DNA from: Candidatus Latescibacterota bacterium
GTDB taxonomy: Bacteria; Latescibacterota; UBA2968; SICM01
Length of the DNA stretch: 64,000 bases
Assembly (NCBI GenBank): GCA_965217865.1
Contig: CBDCJO010000002.1
Coordinates: 1,376,001 to 1,440,000 of the forward strand
Direction: 5' to 3'
Positions 18,922 to 30,590 of the stretch are shown here, piece after piece. Made by a program: the position numbers and the translations under genes. How positions within the stretch are numbered: the stretch's first letter is position 1; each line of letters opens with the position of its first letter. The notes under the pieces were generated by a model. That model saw only the letters and a list, made by a program, of their open reading frames with translations. It was not told where the DNA came from and did not search any database.

Positions 18922-19975
18922 ATGAGCGTTGAGCTAATCAGGAGGCCCGGCTAGCGTGCAATTGAGGCATGATCGAATTCGTCGGGCCCAAGAACTGATG
19001 GCCCAACACAAAATGATTGGCATCATGATCATGAATCCCGATGACTACAGATACTTCTTCAGCGAAGTCCGCTCTCAGCCCCGCGCCAACGTCAGAGAAA
19101 CGTTTCGTGAACTCTATGGCGGCCCACCGCCTGGAATTAAGTTGCCGGCGAGCGGCAGGCCACGGGTGGGAATGCAACTGTGGTTTCACACGCCCGCGTT
19201 TCTTGTCGACCTGTTTAGAAAGGTCAACCCTCAGGTCGATCTGGTTTCCTCTGATCCCGTGATGGACGAACTACGCATGGTCAAAGAGCCGGACGAGATC
19301 GAACTGATGAAGCGTGCGCAGGCCATTGCCGCAATCGGGATGGATCGTGTTCGGGAACTCTTGAAACCAGGGGCTACCGGTCATGAAATCGCAACCGAAG
19401 CGCTCTACACCATGATGAAAGCGGGGGCTGACGGAACGAGCACGCCGATCTATATAAACTCGGGGCTTCGCAGCTCCTGGATTCACGGGAAAGTTGACCG
19501 GACACCGATTGAGGCGGGGGACCTCGTCGTCGTAGACTTGACCCCGCTGTTCGAAGGCTACTGCGCAAATCTGGCTCGCACATTTGTCATGGGTGATGCG
19601 GGTGAGCAGGAACAACTGCTGCTCGATACCTACAACGAGATTCGCGAAGCGACGTGGAAGATACTGAAGCCGGGAGTGACGGTCTCCGATCTGGACGCTG
19701 TAGGCGCAGAAGTATGTGTTCGGCATGACCTGGAGCAATATCACATCAACGGGGTTTCTCACGGTATCGGCCTGCGTTTCGAAGAAAATCCGGCGTCGAC
19801 GATTATTCCGGCTCATCGAAAAACGCAGATACGGGCAGATATGACAATGACGATCGGTCACACGATACTGGCGATTCCAGAGATTGGCGGTGTGCGCTTT
19901 GAGGACGTCTACCGGGTAACGGAAGGGGGCGGCGTGATCCTCCACGACTATCCGGTTGACCCGAAGATCAATTGA
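18922..19975 (+). pseudogene. M24-family (Xaa-Pro) metallopeptidase, N-terminal frameshift and probable internal deletion
   Basis: LRMVKEPDEIE, IHG, VVVDL, YCANLART, SHGIGL and GGVRFED. The ATG with GGGAGG RBS at 18922 is out of frame with ORF 18956..19975. Confidence 0.75.
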
Positions 19976-20029
19976 TTGAAGATTTACAACCTACTCAGCG
20001 GCGCTCGCCCTCATCCACAACATTTGACA

Positions 20030-20250
20030 ATATCTCGCTTCAGCGTCCGCGCTACCTCGATGACGGGCGGTAGACGACTGTGGGTCGCCCAGAAATACCA
20101 GCGTTGGAAGAAACGACGAGCCCATCCTTGACGTCGGTAATTCCACAGCTGGCGCAGCGTCTCCTTGATCGCCCAGGCACGGCTCACCTGCAGGTCCATG
20201 CGACGCAGTTCATCGAAACGGGGCAACAGATGCTCGGGGATATTGTCGGG
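20030..20250 (-). mobile_element. ISL3-family transposase fragment
   Basis: RAWAIKETLRQLWNY...WYFWATHSRLPPVIEVARTLKR. Confidence 0.8.
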
Positions 20251-20389
20251 GTTGTACGGTTGCGGACGAAAGCGCCTCGGGCGAGGCAGACCTCATTACC
20301 CTCTGTTGTTTCTCTGTGTGAAGTGCTCTATGACCGTTCTTGCCAAGACGGGTTGGGAATTTCATAGGTTTCTTGAGCAGCCCAACTGT

Positions 20390-20614
20390 GGGTGCTGGAT
20401 CAATTCCGCTCGCATTACCGAGACGATACGATTGACAAGTGGGCCATTTTTCCATTATACCTACAGTCTGCTCCACCACCCGGAATACCGCGCGGGAGTT
20501 TCCACGCCTTCCTTATACGCCGGACTTCTGGGCTTTACCCAAGCGGGTCAACGCTTAGCCGATATCCATGTCGGCTATGAAGACCAACTCGAATATCCGC
20601 TCGAATCCTATTGA
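20390..20614 (+). pseudogene. Type ISP restriction-modification enzyme C-terminal fragment
   Basis: FRSHYRDDTIDKWAIF followed by HYTYSLLHHPEYR...AGQRLADIHVGYED across a frameshift. Confidence 0.7.
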
Positions 20615-20700
20615 AAGCTCCCTTATCCGGATCGACCTGCCACATCCGGTTCCGGATCGCCTGGGCCGACGGTTATCGGGTCGAAGTCTGGCCGTGGCGC

Positions 20701-20975
20701 CTATTGCTCACGCCAGCCGGGTGGGTCGGGGCATCCACATGCCAGTGATCGGGCCTCGAAATATTTCTTGATAATGTGAGTTGCACGGTCGATATCTTGT
20801 GTTTTGGTCCCACGGCCCAATCCGAACCGAAATGTGCTACCTATCTCGGCTGCAGTGCGGCGCATTGCTCGCAATACGTGCGAAGTCTCGGTCTTTGTAG
20901 ACTCGCATGCAGAACCCGTGGAAAGTGCGAGCCCAGTGAAGCCGTCCAGCAATGTCTTACTCGCGACCCCGTAGC
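20701..20975 (-). pseudogene. Cysteine desulfurase (IscS/NifS) C-terminal fragment
   Basis: LALSTGSACES...SHVLRAM...STFRFGLGRGT. Confidence 0.8.
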
Positions 20976-21158
20976 CCGTCACGCCGCGGCCAGTACGACA
21001 GACCCCATCGAATCCACTAAAGCCGAACCAAACAACCCGATTCCCCCGCCACCTGAGACATGGGCTGCTCGAACTGGTCGCCGCTCCAAATTCAATCTGG
21101 ATAGACAGACGCCCGGAAGAGCAAAGGCGACACCTATCGTTTTCAGCATACTCCAATC

Positions 21159-22445
21159 CTAATCCTTCTTCGCCGCTTGGTCGTTATGGTATGCACACAG
21201 CGACTCATCTCCCCAGCCGCCAATCTCTAATTCAGAGGACCGGATGGCGGTCTCGATCCGCTCGTGTGCATCGTCAGCATCTGCCTCGGAGACTTCATAG
21301 TGTTGCACCGCGGACTCCGCGAACGAGAAAGGCTGGATGATAGTCGTGCTGCATATTGCGCAATCACTCGTTGCCCCAAATATCTGTGCCCACCCTTCGA
21401 AATCTGTCTCACCACTTGGGTCCTCTAGTTCCTCGATGAGATCTTCAATCGTACTCGGCAGCGAGCTGAGCGCTTCGCGCATTGCGAGCGGCTCAAGCTC
21501 GCGCCACTCTCGTTGCGCCTCTTTGCGAACCCACCTAATTGCCTTGTCTTCGCCTTCTGCAGCCGCGTACAGTGCAGCGAGAAAGAAGTCCTCATTATTC
21601 CTGATATTTACCCCAAAGATTGATCGGTAGACTTTCTCGACCCTGTCACGAAATCCTGACCGCATGAGAAGCTTGGGGAATTCCTCAAGATTGGCAATGT
21701 GGAGGCGGTCGCAGAAGTTGAGAGCCCGCCTGACCACGTAGTCGGCTGGCGAACGACCAAAGACCTTCCTGAAGATGTATGCCAGACCCTCCTCCGAAAC
21801 GCTGCCCAAGTCTGGTTGTTGCGCAGGGGAGGCAGTTTCTCGTGTTACCCTTGAGCGAATGTCGCTTGCGATCCTGTCGGCGGCTGCTAATACCTCAGCG
21901 AGGTCTTTGGCCCGAGCGCGGAGGTCCTCAGGAAGATTCGGCTGTTTGTAGATGTTGTCGTGCGAGAGCCCGGCCCAAGCGTGCTGGAGGCGGGAAAGGA
22001 TTTGTACTTCGCAAGGCACGGGGTCCGAAAGGAGATGAGACTCGCCAAGCCACAACTCCAGTCTAAAGTTTACATGGAGCGCCCTGTAGCCCTCTTCATT
22101 GGGCTGCTTGATGAAATCCTGTACATCAAAGTCGCCCCAAAGGGTCGGTAGGACCTCCTTCAAGAGTTCGGAAAATCGGTAGACATCTTCGACATTATTG
22201 CAGACCACTCGCCCTCCGATGAGATCTCCGTAGCGCGACAACGCTTGATCCGCGTCCCATTTGTTTTTCTCGGCCTTTCGCTGTAGGCTGGAAAGATCCT
22301 TAATTCGGAGGCTGTGAATTTCCGCACGCACGAGGTTCTTGTCTTCAATCCTTGCGATGACCGACTTAAGGATCGACCGTAGCCGCTTCTTCGCACGACA
22401 AAGTACTGGGCCCTTACCCTCGTAAATTTCTCGAAGCTCAGCCAT
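21159..22445 (-). CDS. RelA/SpoT-domain (small alarmone synthetase-like) protein with long C-terminal extension
   Basis: RIKDLSSLQRK, DLIGGRVV, GYRALH and EVQILSRLQHAWAGLSHDNIYK; start taken at MAELREIY. Confidence 0.85.
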   Translation of the reverse strand: MAELREIYEGKGPVLCRAKKRLRSILKSVIARIEDKNLVRAEIHSLRIKDLSSLQRKAEKNKWDADQALSRYGDLIGGRVVCNNVEDVYRFSELLKEVLPTLWGDFDVQDFIKQPNEEGYRALHVNFRLELWLGESHLLSDPVPCEVQILSRLQHAWAGLSHDNIYKQPNLPEDLRARAKDLAEVLAAADRIASDIRSRVTRETASPAQQPDLGSVSEEGLAYIFRKVFGRSPADYVVRRALNFCDRLHIANLEEFPKLLMRSGFRDRVEKVYRSIFGVNIRNNEDFFLAALYAAAEGEDKAIRWVRKEAQREWRELEPLAMREALSSLPSTIEDLIEELEDPSGETDFEGWAQIFGATSDCAICSTTIIQPFSFAESAVQHYEVSEADADDAHERIETAIRSSELEIGGWGDESLCAYHNDQAAKKD

Positions 22446-22450
22446 ATCTC

Positions 22451-22977
22451 TTAGAACCTGTCCTGTAGTCCTGCGTTTGGAGTCTTCGCGATCAAATCGG
22501 CTTGCGCTTTCTCGGAGATGTCGATGCCTACCCACTGACGGTCCAATGAAACACCCGGCATTTCGTCCAAATATCTTTTGAGTCTTTCTCCTGGACGCTG
22601 TTGAACAATGAGGCCCTGTTCGTAGGCTTCCTGCATTCGTTTTCGTGTCCAACGCCAAACTCTGGTTACTCCGAGGAATTCATAAGTCAAATTGGGGTGG
22701 TCCGTGTTCGGGTTCGCCAGATTGCGCGGCGATAGAGCCGGTCTATAACCTTGTCAAGACATGAGCCTTGCGGAGCTTGGGCGGCATGGCGTCTGTGTCG
22801 TAGAGCGCATTGAGTGCCGAGTTTGAGAACAAGGCGCGCGCATCGCGAACCCCTTGAGATAGCCTTTCGATCTGGTTTGTTTGAGCGGTCGTCATATCCG
22901 GCGGCTCGCTGTTCATGCCCCGGAGGATGGTCCAGGTTGTCGCCTGTCCATACTGTCTTGTCTACGAAGTTGGCCAC
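22451..22977 (-). pseudogene. N4/N6 site-specific DNA methyltransferase, heavily deleted
   Basis: KTVWTGDNLD, YEFLGVTRVWRWT, KRYLDEMPG and RQWVGIDISEKA pieces. Confidence 0.75.
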
Positions 22978-24619
22978 AGTCTGCCCATTCTCCCACGCCC
23001 CTCAGACAAGAGAACCACAAAGGGACTGGGGGCTGCTCCCCCATGAAAAAATGGGAATTATTAGGATGGCTACCCAAGCCTGTGGTAGTGGCTGGAGAAA
23101 GGGTTGTCGGCAGCGATGTCGGCGACCCTGTCGCCTCGATGAATCAATCCGCTGACGGTCGGGTAATGCGGGTGATTCCAATACTGCGGAATCCTTCGTC
23201 CACATCGAACGACGCTAGTTCGTCCCGCTTGTCGATTGTCGGTAAGGAAAAATCCTTCGGAATCTCCGAAAAGTAATGTTTTCGCCTCCTTTCCCTTGAA
23301 GAGAAGGAGGTCGTGACGACCCTTGTAGTCAGGCCCCCACAGAATTTCGAGCCTGTCAGGAAGTTCGTCCCATCCATCGGAATTCCTCCGAACCGTCAGC
23401 CAGTTGTTGCACTTCCGGTCACGCTTCTATCTCATCCGCCAGCTATGGGTGTATTTTGACGGCTCGAAATTTCGGTTGTGCGTGTACGCGACCATCCGTC
23501 ATCCTCTCATCCGAACGGACTCGAACCGATCTTGCGGTTTCCACAAAGTCGATCACTGAACACTTTTACCCCTCCCGCCTTGCCAGGGTCGCCCGTATTT
23601 CCTGTTGACGGGAGGAACCGACGCGCCTTTTAACAGGCCTTGCGAAAATCGCCACCACCGCTGCTTGAAAGGCATCGCCCGGCCTTCTTCAGCAGCCGTC
23701 TTCGACCAATCTCTCTTCAAGGGAAACCAGACAAACACGATAAAAAATATATGAGAATTGGCGTATCCAGTCAACTCTTAAATCCCGTGTTTCTGGGGCC
23801 GGTGACCGGGGACCCATCGGGTCCGGCTTTACCTACCGGAGGACCTTCCAAAACGTCGAAACCGTCCGCTCGGATGCAACCGGGCTGTTAAACAAGGCCG
23901 ACGGGAAAAACAGAGAATCAGAGAATCCAGAGGAGATATCTCTGCTCAGCGGATGCAGTCCCCACGGTTGTACTCGAATACCGGGGGAACGCTTCGAAAC
24001 AGAGAACCGGCAGAGAGAGGGGGAGGTGGCCCAAGTGTTTGTAAATGCGGCAGAAACGACAAGACCCCGGAGGGTTGCCCCACGGGGTCTTGCGTTAACG
24101 GACGACCGCCGAAGTTGGCGGATTGGAATCTGGCTCCCCATATGATCCTTTCCCAGAAACCATTCTCTGTTCGTCAGACGTAACATGCCGTATTGAAAGG
24201 ATATATCGTAATTACGCCCGCACCGTCGAGGCGGAAACCATATGAAGGACCGGTACAGCCTGGAATGGAGGGCGAAGGCCGAGAAAGTGGAACAGCCTGG
24301 CCGAAGCCGTCCGCCTGGTCAACGGCGCCGGGATCCCCTCGGCCTTCGCTCTGGAAGGCGCACACACCGACAAGAATGGGCACGGTGTAATCATCTCCGA
24401 CTCCGGGGGGTTGTTGTTGGATGCGCCTTCGGGCGATCGGGCCTTTTAGGAGCCGTTTTTGGGATTCGAATTTCCCCAACTGGGGGGAATTTGCAGTCTG
24501 GACCTCGAGGCAGGATTTTGGCCCGGGACCTTCACCGGTCGTAACTGCCTTCGACTGAACACAAAAATCGCACCCGTGGGGGGGTGCGATTCGTGATTGT
24601 CTCGGGTTTTAGATCTCCG

Positions 24620-24856
24620 CTAGCCGAGTATCTCGCGAACCCGAGCTAACGCCTTTTGGTCTTCGTCACAAGTGTTCTTTACGCAGGAGTCGCTCTTGGG
24701 GGGGGGTTCAACCCGTGGCACCGTGGCATCCTTTTGTTTACGAGGGATTGCGCGATCTTCAACCCGTGGCACCGTACCATCCATGCCACGGGTTGAAACA
24801 CTCACAACTTCTTGTTTTTCAACGCTTGCCACGGTGCCACGGGTTGAGGGGGGGGG
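24620..24856 (-). repeat. Iteron-like TCAACCCGTGGCA cluster, paralog of 8757..8915
   Basis: Four copies (two in each orientation) plus CCGTGGCA half copies; shares PPKSDSCVKNTCDEDQ with the ORF at 8786. Confidence 0.55.
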
Positions 24857-25000
24857 ATATGTGCGCGTTCGGCTCGGAAACATCGTCTGAGTCGTCCTCC
24901 AGGTAGCTATCCCATGCAGAGAAGAACGCCTTCCACCGATAGCCATTTCCTTTTTCCTGTTCAACCCTTAAAGTCTCCGTTCGAATCTCGTATTTATTAC

Positions 25001-25090
25001 ATGCCCCTCTACGTGGCCGAAGCCTGCTACAAATACAACAACCGGAAAAACAAGAACGTGTTCGGAACGTTCCTCAAGGGGTGCTTTACA
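25001..25090 (+). mobile_element. IS1595-family transposase C-terminal remnant
   Basis: MPLYVAEACYKYNNRK. Confidence 0.6.
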
Positions 25091-25139
25091 TGGACAGCGG
25101 TCATTCACTTTTTCCAACTACCCGGTATTCGATTTTCAA

Positions 25140-25326
25140 GGGAGTGGGCATTTTAAAGAGTATTTCGAGCAGCCGGGTCTTCCGAGAACATCCAGAGGTG
25201 AAACGGGAGTTATGGGGTGGAGAATTCTGGGAAGATGGTTATTTTGCCCGCACCGTAGGCGACAAGGTGACTTCTGAAGTGATCGAGCAATATATTCGGT
25301 GTCATCCTTGCCCTCTTTTCACGTGA
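25140..25326 (+). mobile_element. IS200/IS605 TnpA C-terminal remnant
   Basis: LKSISS...LWGGEFWEDGYFARTVG...IEQYI. Confidence 0.8.
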
Positions 25327-26830
25327 TCTCGTCGACCGATCGACTGTGGCGTATGCCGTTTCGGAGCTCTGCCAACTGGCCTAACTTCGGCGACAGGATC
25401 CCCACAAACGGATTCTAAGAAGACAGTGGGCGAAAATATAATACCTTCATCAATTTCTCGATCCTGAAACCGTCCGCGAGATATTGCGGCGGCGCAGCAA
25501 AGAACAGGTCGATTTCATTATCGCATTGAAAGCTGCAAGAACTCGATTGTGACGATGATTTACGACACTCGCAGTACGAACACTTCAAAGCTGACACCCG
25601 GGCTCGAGGGTCAAGTCTTAAGCGTCCTGCAAAATGCAAGCCTTCAACTGGAGGTCCAGTGAGGTTCACGCAACGGCTACCATTTCAGCCGGTGGTGCGA
25701 TCTGTCGTTCCTCATAGAGCAGCTGGAGCTGGAGCAGTTCGGTGGACGTGATGTTGATATTCTGCCACCTGGCAGCGGCACGGATGAGAACAGCATAGAC
25801 GAGCTTCAGGCAACTCTTTTCGGAGAAGAATCGCGGCAATGTTTTGGTTCGGCGGCGTTCCTCGACAAAGCTGCGTTCGATCAGGTTGGTAGTGCGGGCG
25901 AACTTCCGGAGTCGCCAGGGAAGCTGGAGGTGTGCGAGGAGAGCTTCGAGGTCCTCCGTGAGACACTTGCACAGACCGGGGAACTCCTTGCTGAACTTCT
26001 CCAGAAACTCTCGCACCGCACTTTGGCCGGCCTGAAGATCCGGGGCGTCACGAATCATCACCAGATACGGCTTGATCTCATGCCAGCGCGCATCGGGCAC
26101 CTTGGCTGCAAAGTTGCGCATCCGATGCACCCAGCAGCGTCCGCGCAGACTCTTCGGCCACATCTGGTCGATGGTCTGGATAAGCCCACCGGCTCCGTCG
26201 GTGGTGACGAACAGGGGTGCCGGTAAACCACGCCGGTCGAGATCCCGGACGAACTCAAGCCATGCTTCGCCGCTTTCTTTGCTGCCCAGACCCAGGGAGA
26301 TCAGAACTTTCCGGCCGTCCAGTGTGATACCCCAGGCGCACAGCACGGCCTCCCGGGTGATGCCGTGGGTACGAAGCGGCTCGTACAGGCCGTCCAGGAA
26401 CAGGCACAGGAGAGGAAAGTCGCTGAGATCGCGTTCCTGGAAGGCCTGGTATTGTTCCCAAAGGACTTCGGTGACTTCGCTGACCTTGCTGCGGCTAAGC
26501 AGGCAACGCCCCTGCTCATCAGTGAAGGCGTCCTCGATGTCCCGGGTAGACAGTCCACGCGCGTACATCCCGGTTGCCAGGCGCTGCACCATCCCTGAGT
26601 CGCCGCGCAGAAGATCGTAAAGGCTGCACCGGTAGGGCTCCTCTGGATCCCTGACCTGAGGAATCGCGACCTCGAGGCGGCCTTCGGCAGTATCCAGATA
26701 GCCCGGCTCATAGCCACTACGGTAGCCTCGACGACCTTCACCGCGTTTATACCGATCGACACCCAGGTGGTCCCGCTGATGCGCTTCAAAACCCTCCTGG
26801 CAGATCAGCCGGGTGGACAACTGAACTAGC

Positions 26831-28661
26831 CCTAAAATAAGCGAATAGGCTTGTTGAGCGGTGTGTTATACAAGATTTCGGAGCATTTCAGACTTGTGAC
26901 TTGGTGGAGATGATGTCTGGGCTGTTTTTGTGATTGTTTCGGCATGCGATTGTCTAATTAACTGAGTTTGCGGACGTGTTTTAGCCGGGGTGGACGGACT
27001 TGTCCCTGTGATGTTACGACGACAGGTGCCGACATGGCAGTCAGGCCGGTTTGAGTCATCTGATTCTGTTCCAGGCCGGGAAGAAGTCAGTCATCCACCG
27101 GTTGTAGCCCAAGACACGATAGATGATCTGTCTTCCCCGGGTCACGATCTGGCAAGGGATCCAGATCAGATTCTGGAGGAAGGCGCGAAACTCCATTCTC
27201 AGAAGTTGATCGCGACGCTCACGCTTTCGGATCATCAACGCGAACCAGGCTTTGAGGTTCCACGCCAGGGCGGTCATGACCATGTAAGCCCAGTTGCTCA
27301 TCAGGTTGTCGACGGGCATCCGCATGGCGTTGACCCCGTTCTTGAGTTGTTCAATCACGTTTTCCTGATCGCACCGTCGATTGGCCAGCCTCACGATTTC
27401 CGCGGCCGTAAGATCTTTTCGGGTGGTAATGTAGAAGAAATAGCGCTTGTCATCGAACAGGGCGTTTTCGCCGCGTTCGACGCTCAGGTTCTTTTCGAGG
27501 ATCACGAGTCGACAGGTCTTCTTGCATCGAGCAGGACGATACGAAACCCCGGCAACACGTTCACTGGCAAGTCGGATGTTTTTGAAGCCGCGCTCCCGGA
27601 TGATCCGGGCTTTCACGTTCTCGCGTTTCTGTCTCTGGGAGGTCTTGACCTGGTATTTGGGTTGTCGTTCAAAGGGCTCCCAATCGCTCTGTGACAGGGA
27701 TTTGGCGATCTTGACCAATCCCCGGTAAGCATCCATGCCGAAGACGAAGTCGACCTTTTCCGACCAACGATCGAAGTGCCGGGTGAGTGAGAAGCCGGTG
27801 TCTCCGCGCAGGCAGATGCGTTTGGCGAAAGGGGCGACCAGCGCGATGGCGCGATCGATCCACTTTACGGCACCGTCGTGGCTGGGCACATGGCCGGGTC
27901 GATTCACAAGAAACAACACCTCCCTGGTGTTCGCCAGAGAGACCACGAGAGGATGGTATCCCCAGATACCGTTGTATGACAGGGCCATGCCCTGCTTGCG
28001 TTCTCCGAGGGTGGTGGCCAGGGTGCCGTCGATGTCGATGAGGGCTTCTTTGAGTTCGCCCCTGGCGCGCTTTTTCCAGATCCGGGTGCGCACCCGGTTG
28101 ATGCAATCCATCAACGTCTCGATATCCGATGGCCGGAAACGACGTGTAAAGTCGCCTGCTGTGGCCGGATCCGGGAGACGCTGAGCGCCCAAAGCGTTCA
28201 GGAACGTGGCATCCTGCCGGCGCAGCTCAATGTCTTCAAGGCGTTGACCACCAACCAGCGCATTGTAGGCGATGTTCAGAACGTGGTCTGATTCGTGACA
28301 GGGCAAATGCACTTTCAAAAGATGAAGATGACGGTCAATCTCTTTCACCAGCCCAACCCTGCGGACCATGTGGTGAAACGCGCCGATCCCCCCACACGTG
28401 ATCGCCTCGGCCTTCCCACTTATCTCGTAGTGGATGTTTCCCCCAGACATCATAGGCTTGACCTGACTGCACCACTGCTTCCGACGCAAACGACGGACAA
28501 TTCGTGCTTCCCTGTTCCGAAGAATCTTCCTGTATTCTCTCATCTGAAATGCCCCTTTTGATGGCCTCTTTTTGTCTTTCACACTACAACTATAGGCCTG
28601 AAAACTGGGGCATTTCAACTTTTTTCTACTAAAACCAAGAAAAATTCACGCTTGTATAGGG
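26831..28661 (-). mobile_element. IS1380-family element, copy 1
   Basis: Ends CCCTATACAAGCG / CCTAAAATAAGCG; 6-bp TSD ACTAGC. Confidence 0.93.
27056..28543 (-). CDS. IS1380-family transposase (Trp-to-stop change 5 codons before the normal end)
   Basis: IDIDGT, LRGDTGF and RCDQENVIEQLK motifs. Confidence 0.9.
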   Translation of the reverse strand: MREYRKILRNREARIVRRLRRKQWCSQVKPMMSGGNIHYEISGKAEAITCGGIGAFHHMVRRVGLVKEIDRHLHLLKVHLPCHESDHVLNIAYNALVGGQRLEDIELRRQDATFLNALGAQRLPDPATAGDFTRRFRPSDIETLMDCINRVRTRIWKKRARGELKEALIDIDGTLATTLGERKQGMALSYNGIWGYHPLVVSLANTREVLFLVNRPGHVPSHDGAVKWIDRAIALVAPFAKRICLRGDTGFSLTRHFDRWSEKVDFVFGMDAYRGLVKIAKSLSQSDWEPFERQPKYQVKTSQRQKRENVKARIIRERGFKNIRLASERVAGVSYRPARCKKTCRLVILEKNLSVERGENALFDDKRYFFYITTRKDLTAAEIVRLANRRCDQENVIEQLKNGVNAMRMPVDNLMSNWAYMVMTALAWNLKAWFALMIRKRERRDQLLRMEFRAFLQNLIWIPCQIVTRGRQIIYRVLGYNRWMTDFFPAWNRIR

Positions 28662-29905
28662 ACTAGCTGAGTCAACGCCTCTTGGGCACTCTCGACATCC
28701 TGGAGTCCTTCGATGAACTCCTTCAATTCCTTGCGCAATCTATCACTCGGAGCTATCTTCTTCATACGGCGTGACTCCTTCCTTTTGCCCACTCGGGGCG
28801 TCGAGGTTTTTGGGGACCTCTGGAAGATAGCTCACGCCGCTTCTTTTTGCAGGAAATCTAAGACATTACCGGGCTCGAGGCAGCTCTTGCCGCACGACTT
28901 CAACGAATTGTTCTGTAACGGCATCTGGGTTCGCGGTGTCGTCCCCGACGACTAGTGTGAACTCTTCACGAGTTGCAGCGAGGCGAGTTACTGGGGTGCT
29001 AGTGCCGAGAGTTCTACAAATCAGTTCTGACGCGGGCGGCGTTTTGCTGCGCAAGGCGGAAACACCGCGAGGATTGAGCGGGCGATACGTGTCTATGAGC
29101 ACCGTGAGTACCTTGTCAAGAACGCCTGGATGCGGTTTCTCGCACGGCCCCTCGTGCAGATATCGCCAATTCACGAACACAGGATTAGCCTCGAAGGCTG
29201 AGCGTATCGCGGAAGTGGCCCGCGCCGAGTCTTTAAGCAGCGTCGCGAGCTGCGCCTCAGAGGTTAGTAGGTAGGAATCATCGGGAAACCGCTGCAGACC
29301 GTCGAATAGGCTGCCTTCAACCGATCTGATTGCCGAACTCACCGCTTCCTCGGACACCGTCGGTGCTGTGTCGTCCAAAAGGTCTTCGAGTCTTTTAAGA
29401 CCGACCTTCACGATCGTGTGAAAGGTATACGACCCGCTGATCCGGCCTCGGTGATCGTCGCGTAGGGAACTTGCAATTTGCATGGAATCAGTCGACTTTT
29501 TGTCACTGGCTTCAGGTCGGCGTGACGGCCCTGGAGTTTTTGGAGATCCTGAAAAGGCCGGGGCGAAGCTCAATGTCTCGAACCTCGCCGTCATCCAACG
29601 GGCCGCGACCGTTTCTGATCGCTTGGATCTGAAGCCTCCCTGGTTGACAGCTTCCGGCCAAACGGCTATATTACTGCATTCCGGGGGGAGGGGATTCGAT
29701 CGAAATTTGAGGAACAACCCCATGCAAAGTAGATGCCCATGCACCGGAGCCCGCGCTGCGGTGCCAGGACGAGAAGCGGGATGCCGTGCCGGTCATGACT
29801 CGCCCTATGGGGCCTGAGTCTGGAATTCTGGCAATCTGTCGCGGCTGCTGGCCCGGCAACCATGGTATCGTTGTCGCTGAAGTCGTTCACCTTGGAGGAA
29901 TAGTA

Positions 29906-30130
29906 ATGGCAGAGCAAATAACCGTGTCGGTCGATTCCGATGTAGCCGATCTCTACCGTTCGGCTTCGGATAATGAGCGTCGCAAACTGGATTTGCTTAT
30001 CAACTTGCGTTTGCGTGATGCGAAAGAGTCCGGGAAATCACTTCGGGACACCATGCTGGAGATCAGCCGCAACGCGCAACGTCGCGGGCTGACTCCGGAA
30101 ATATTGCAGTCCATCCTGGACGAAGAATGA
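29906..30130 (+). CDS. Putative antitoxin
   Basis: GGAGG RBS, 74 aa ending RGLTPEILQSILDEE; ATGA overlap with the PIN gene. Confidence 0.75.
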   Translation: MAEQITVSVDSDVADLYRSASDNERRKLDLLINLRLRDAKESGKSLRDTMLEISRNAQRRGLTPEILQSILDEE

Positions 30131-30534
30131 CCCGTTTCGTCTTCGATACGAATGTCATTGTCAGCGCGTTACTCTTCAACGGTTCCGTGCCAGGGCGGGC
30201 GTTCATTCGAGCTTTGAATCATGGAACGATTCTGGTTTCCGGATCGTTGGTAAGAGAATTGCGCCGTGTGCTCGGCCGGGACAGTTTCGACCGGTATGTC
30301 TCCCGCGAAGAGCGCGACGAGTATCTTGAATCCCTGATACGGGAATCGGACCTGATCGAAATCACCGAGTCCGTCCGGGCATGCCGAGATCCCGAAGACG
30401 ACCGAGTTTTGGAATTGGCCGTCAACGGCAATGCGACATACATCGTCACAGGCGATTCCGACTTGCTCCTTCTCAACCCGTTTCGCGGCGTAGAGATCGT
30501 AACGCCCGCCGAGTTTCTGAAATCGCCTGCCTGA
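30127..30534 (+). CDS. PIN-domain toxin (VapC-like)
   Basis: FVFDTNVIVSALL, CRDPEDDRVLELA and IVTGDSDLL motifs. Confidence 0.92.
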   Translation: MTRFVFDTNVIVSALLFNGSVPGRAFIRALNHGTILVSGSLVRELRRVLGRDSFDRYVSREERDEYLESLIRESDLIEITESVRACRDPEDDRVLELAVNGNATYIVTGDSDLLLLNPFRGVEIVTPAEFLKSPA

Positions 30535-30590
30535 CATGGGAACCGTACGCCGGGATGGCGACATCCTTCCTCCAACTAACGGGGTCGCGC

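Larger units (their letters stand above)
25666..28765 (-). pseudogene. IS256 transposase split by IS1380
   Basis: MKKIAPSD...ALTQL at 28662..28765 joins VQLSTRLIC...FLDG...TTDG...TTNLIER at 25666..26830. Confidence 0.88.
25609..28870 (-). mobile_element. IS256-family element interrupted by IS1380
   Basis: TIRs GGTAATGTCTTA..TCCTGCAAAA / GGTCAAGTCTTA..TCCTGCAAAA; 9-bp TSD GGGCTCGAG at 25600..25608 and 28871..28879. Confidence 0.92.

Noticed and set aside
20701-20975. Cysteine desulfurase fragment as evidence of a Dnd phosphorothioation system
   Set aside because: Only a C-terminal scrap remains and no dndBCDE or ssp genes are in the window.
23505-23535. GGTTCGAGTCC T-loop-like motif on the minus strand
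   Set aside because: No acceptor stem, D-arm or anticodon arm could be built, so it is not called a tRNA.
23550-24600. Long non-coding stretch with several hairpins (for example 24060..24092, 24268..24350, 24565..24590); considered as group II intron or riboswitch
   Set aside because: No domain V/VI or known aptamer consensus recognised; an Rfam search would be needed.
24700-24856. Short repeats considered as a CRISPR array
   Set aside because: Units are about 13 bp, in mixed orientation and irregularly spaced, and no cas genes are present.
28866-29744. 292-aa ORF as a single gene
   Set aside because: It looks like a chimera of unrelated fragments with no credible start, and no family could be assigned.
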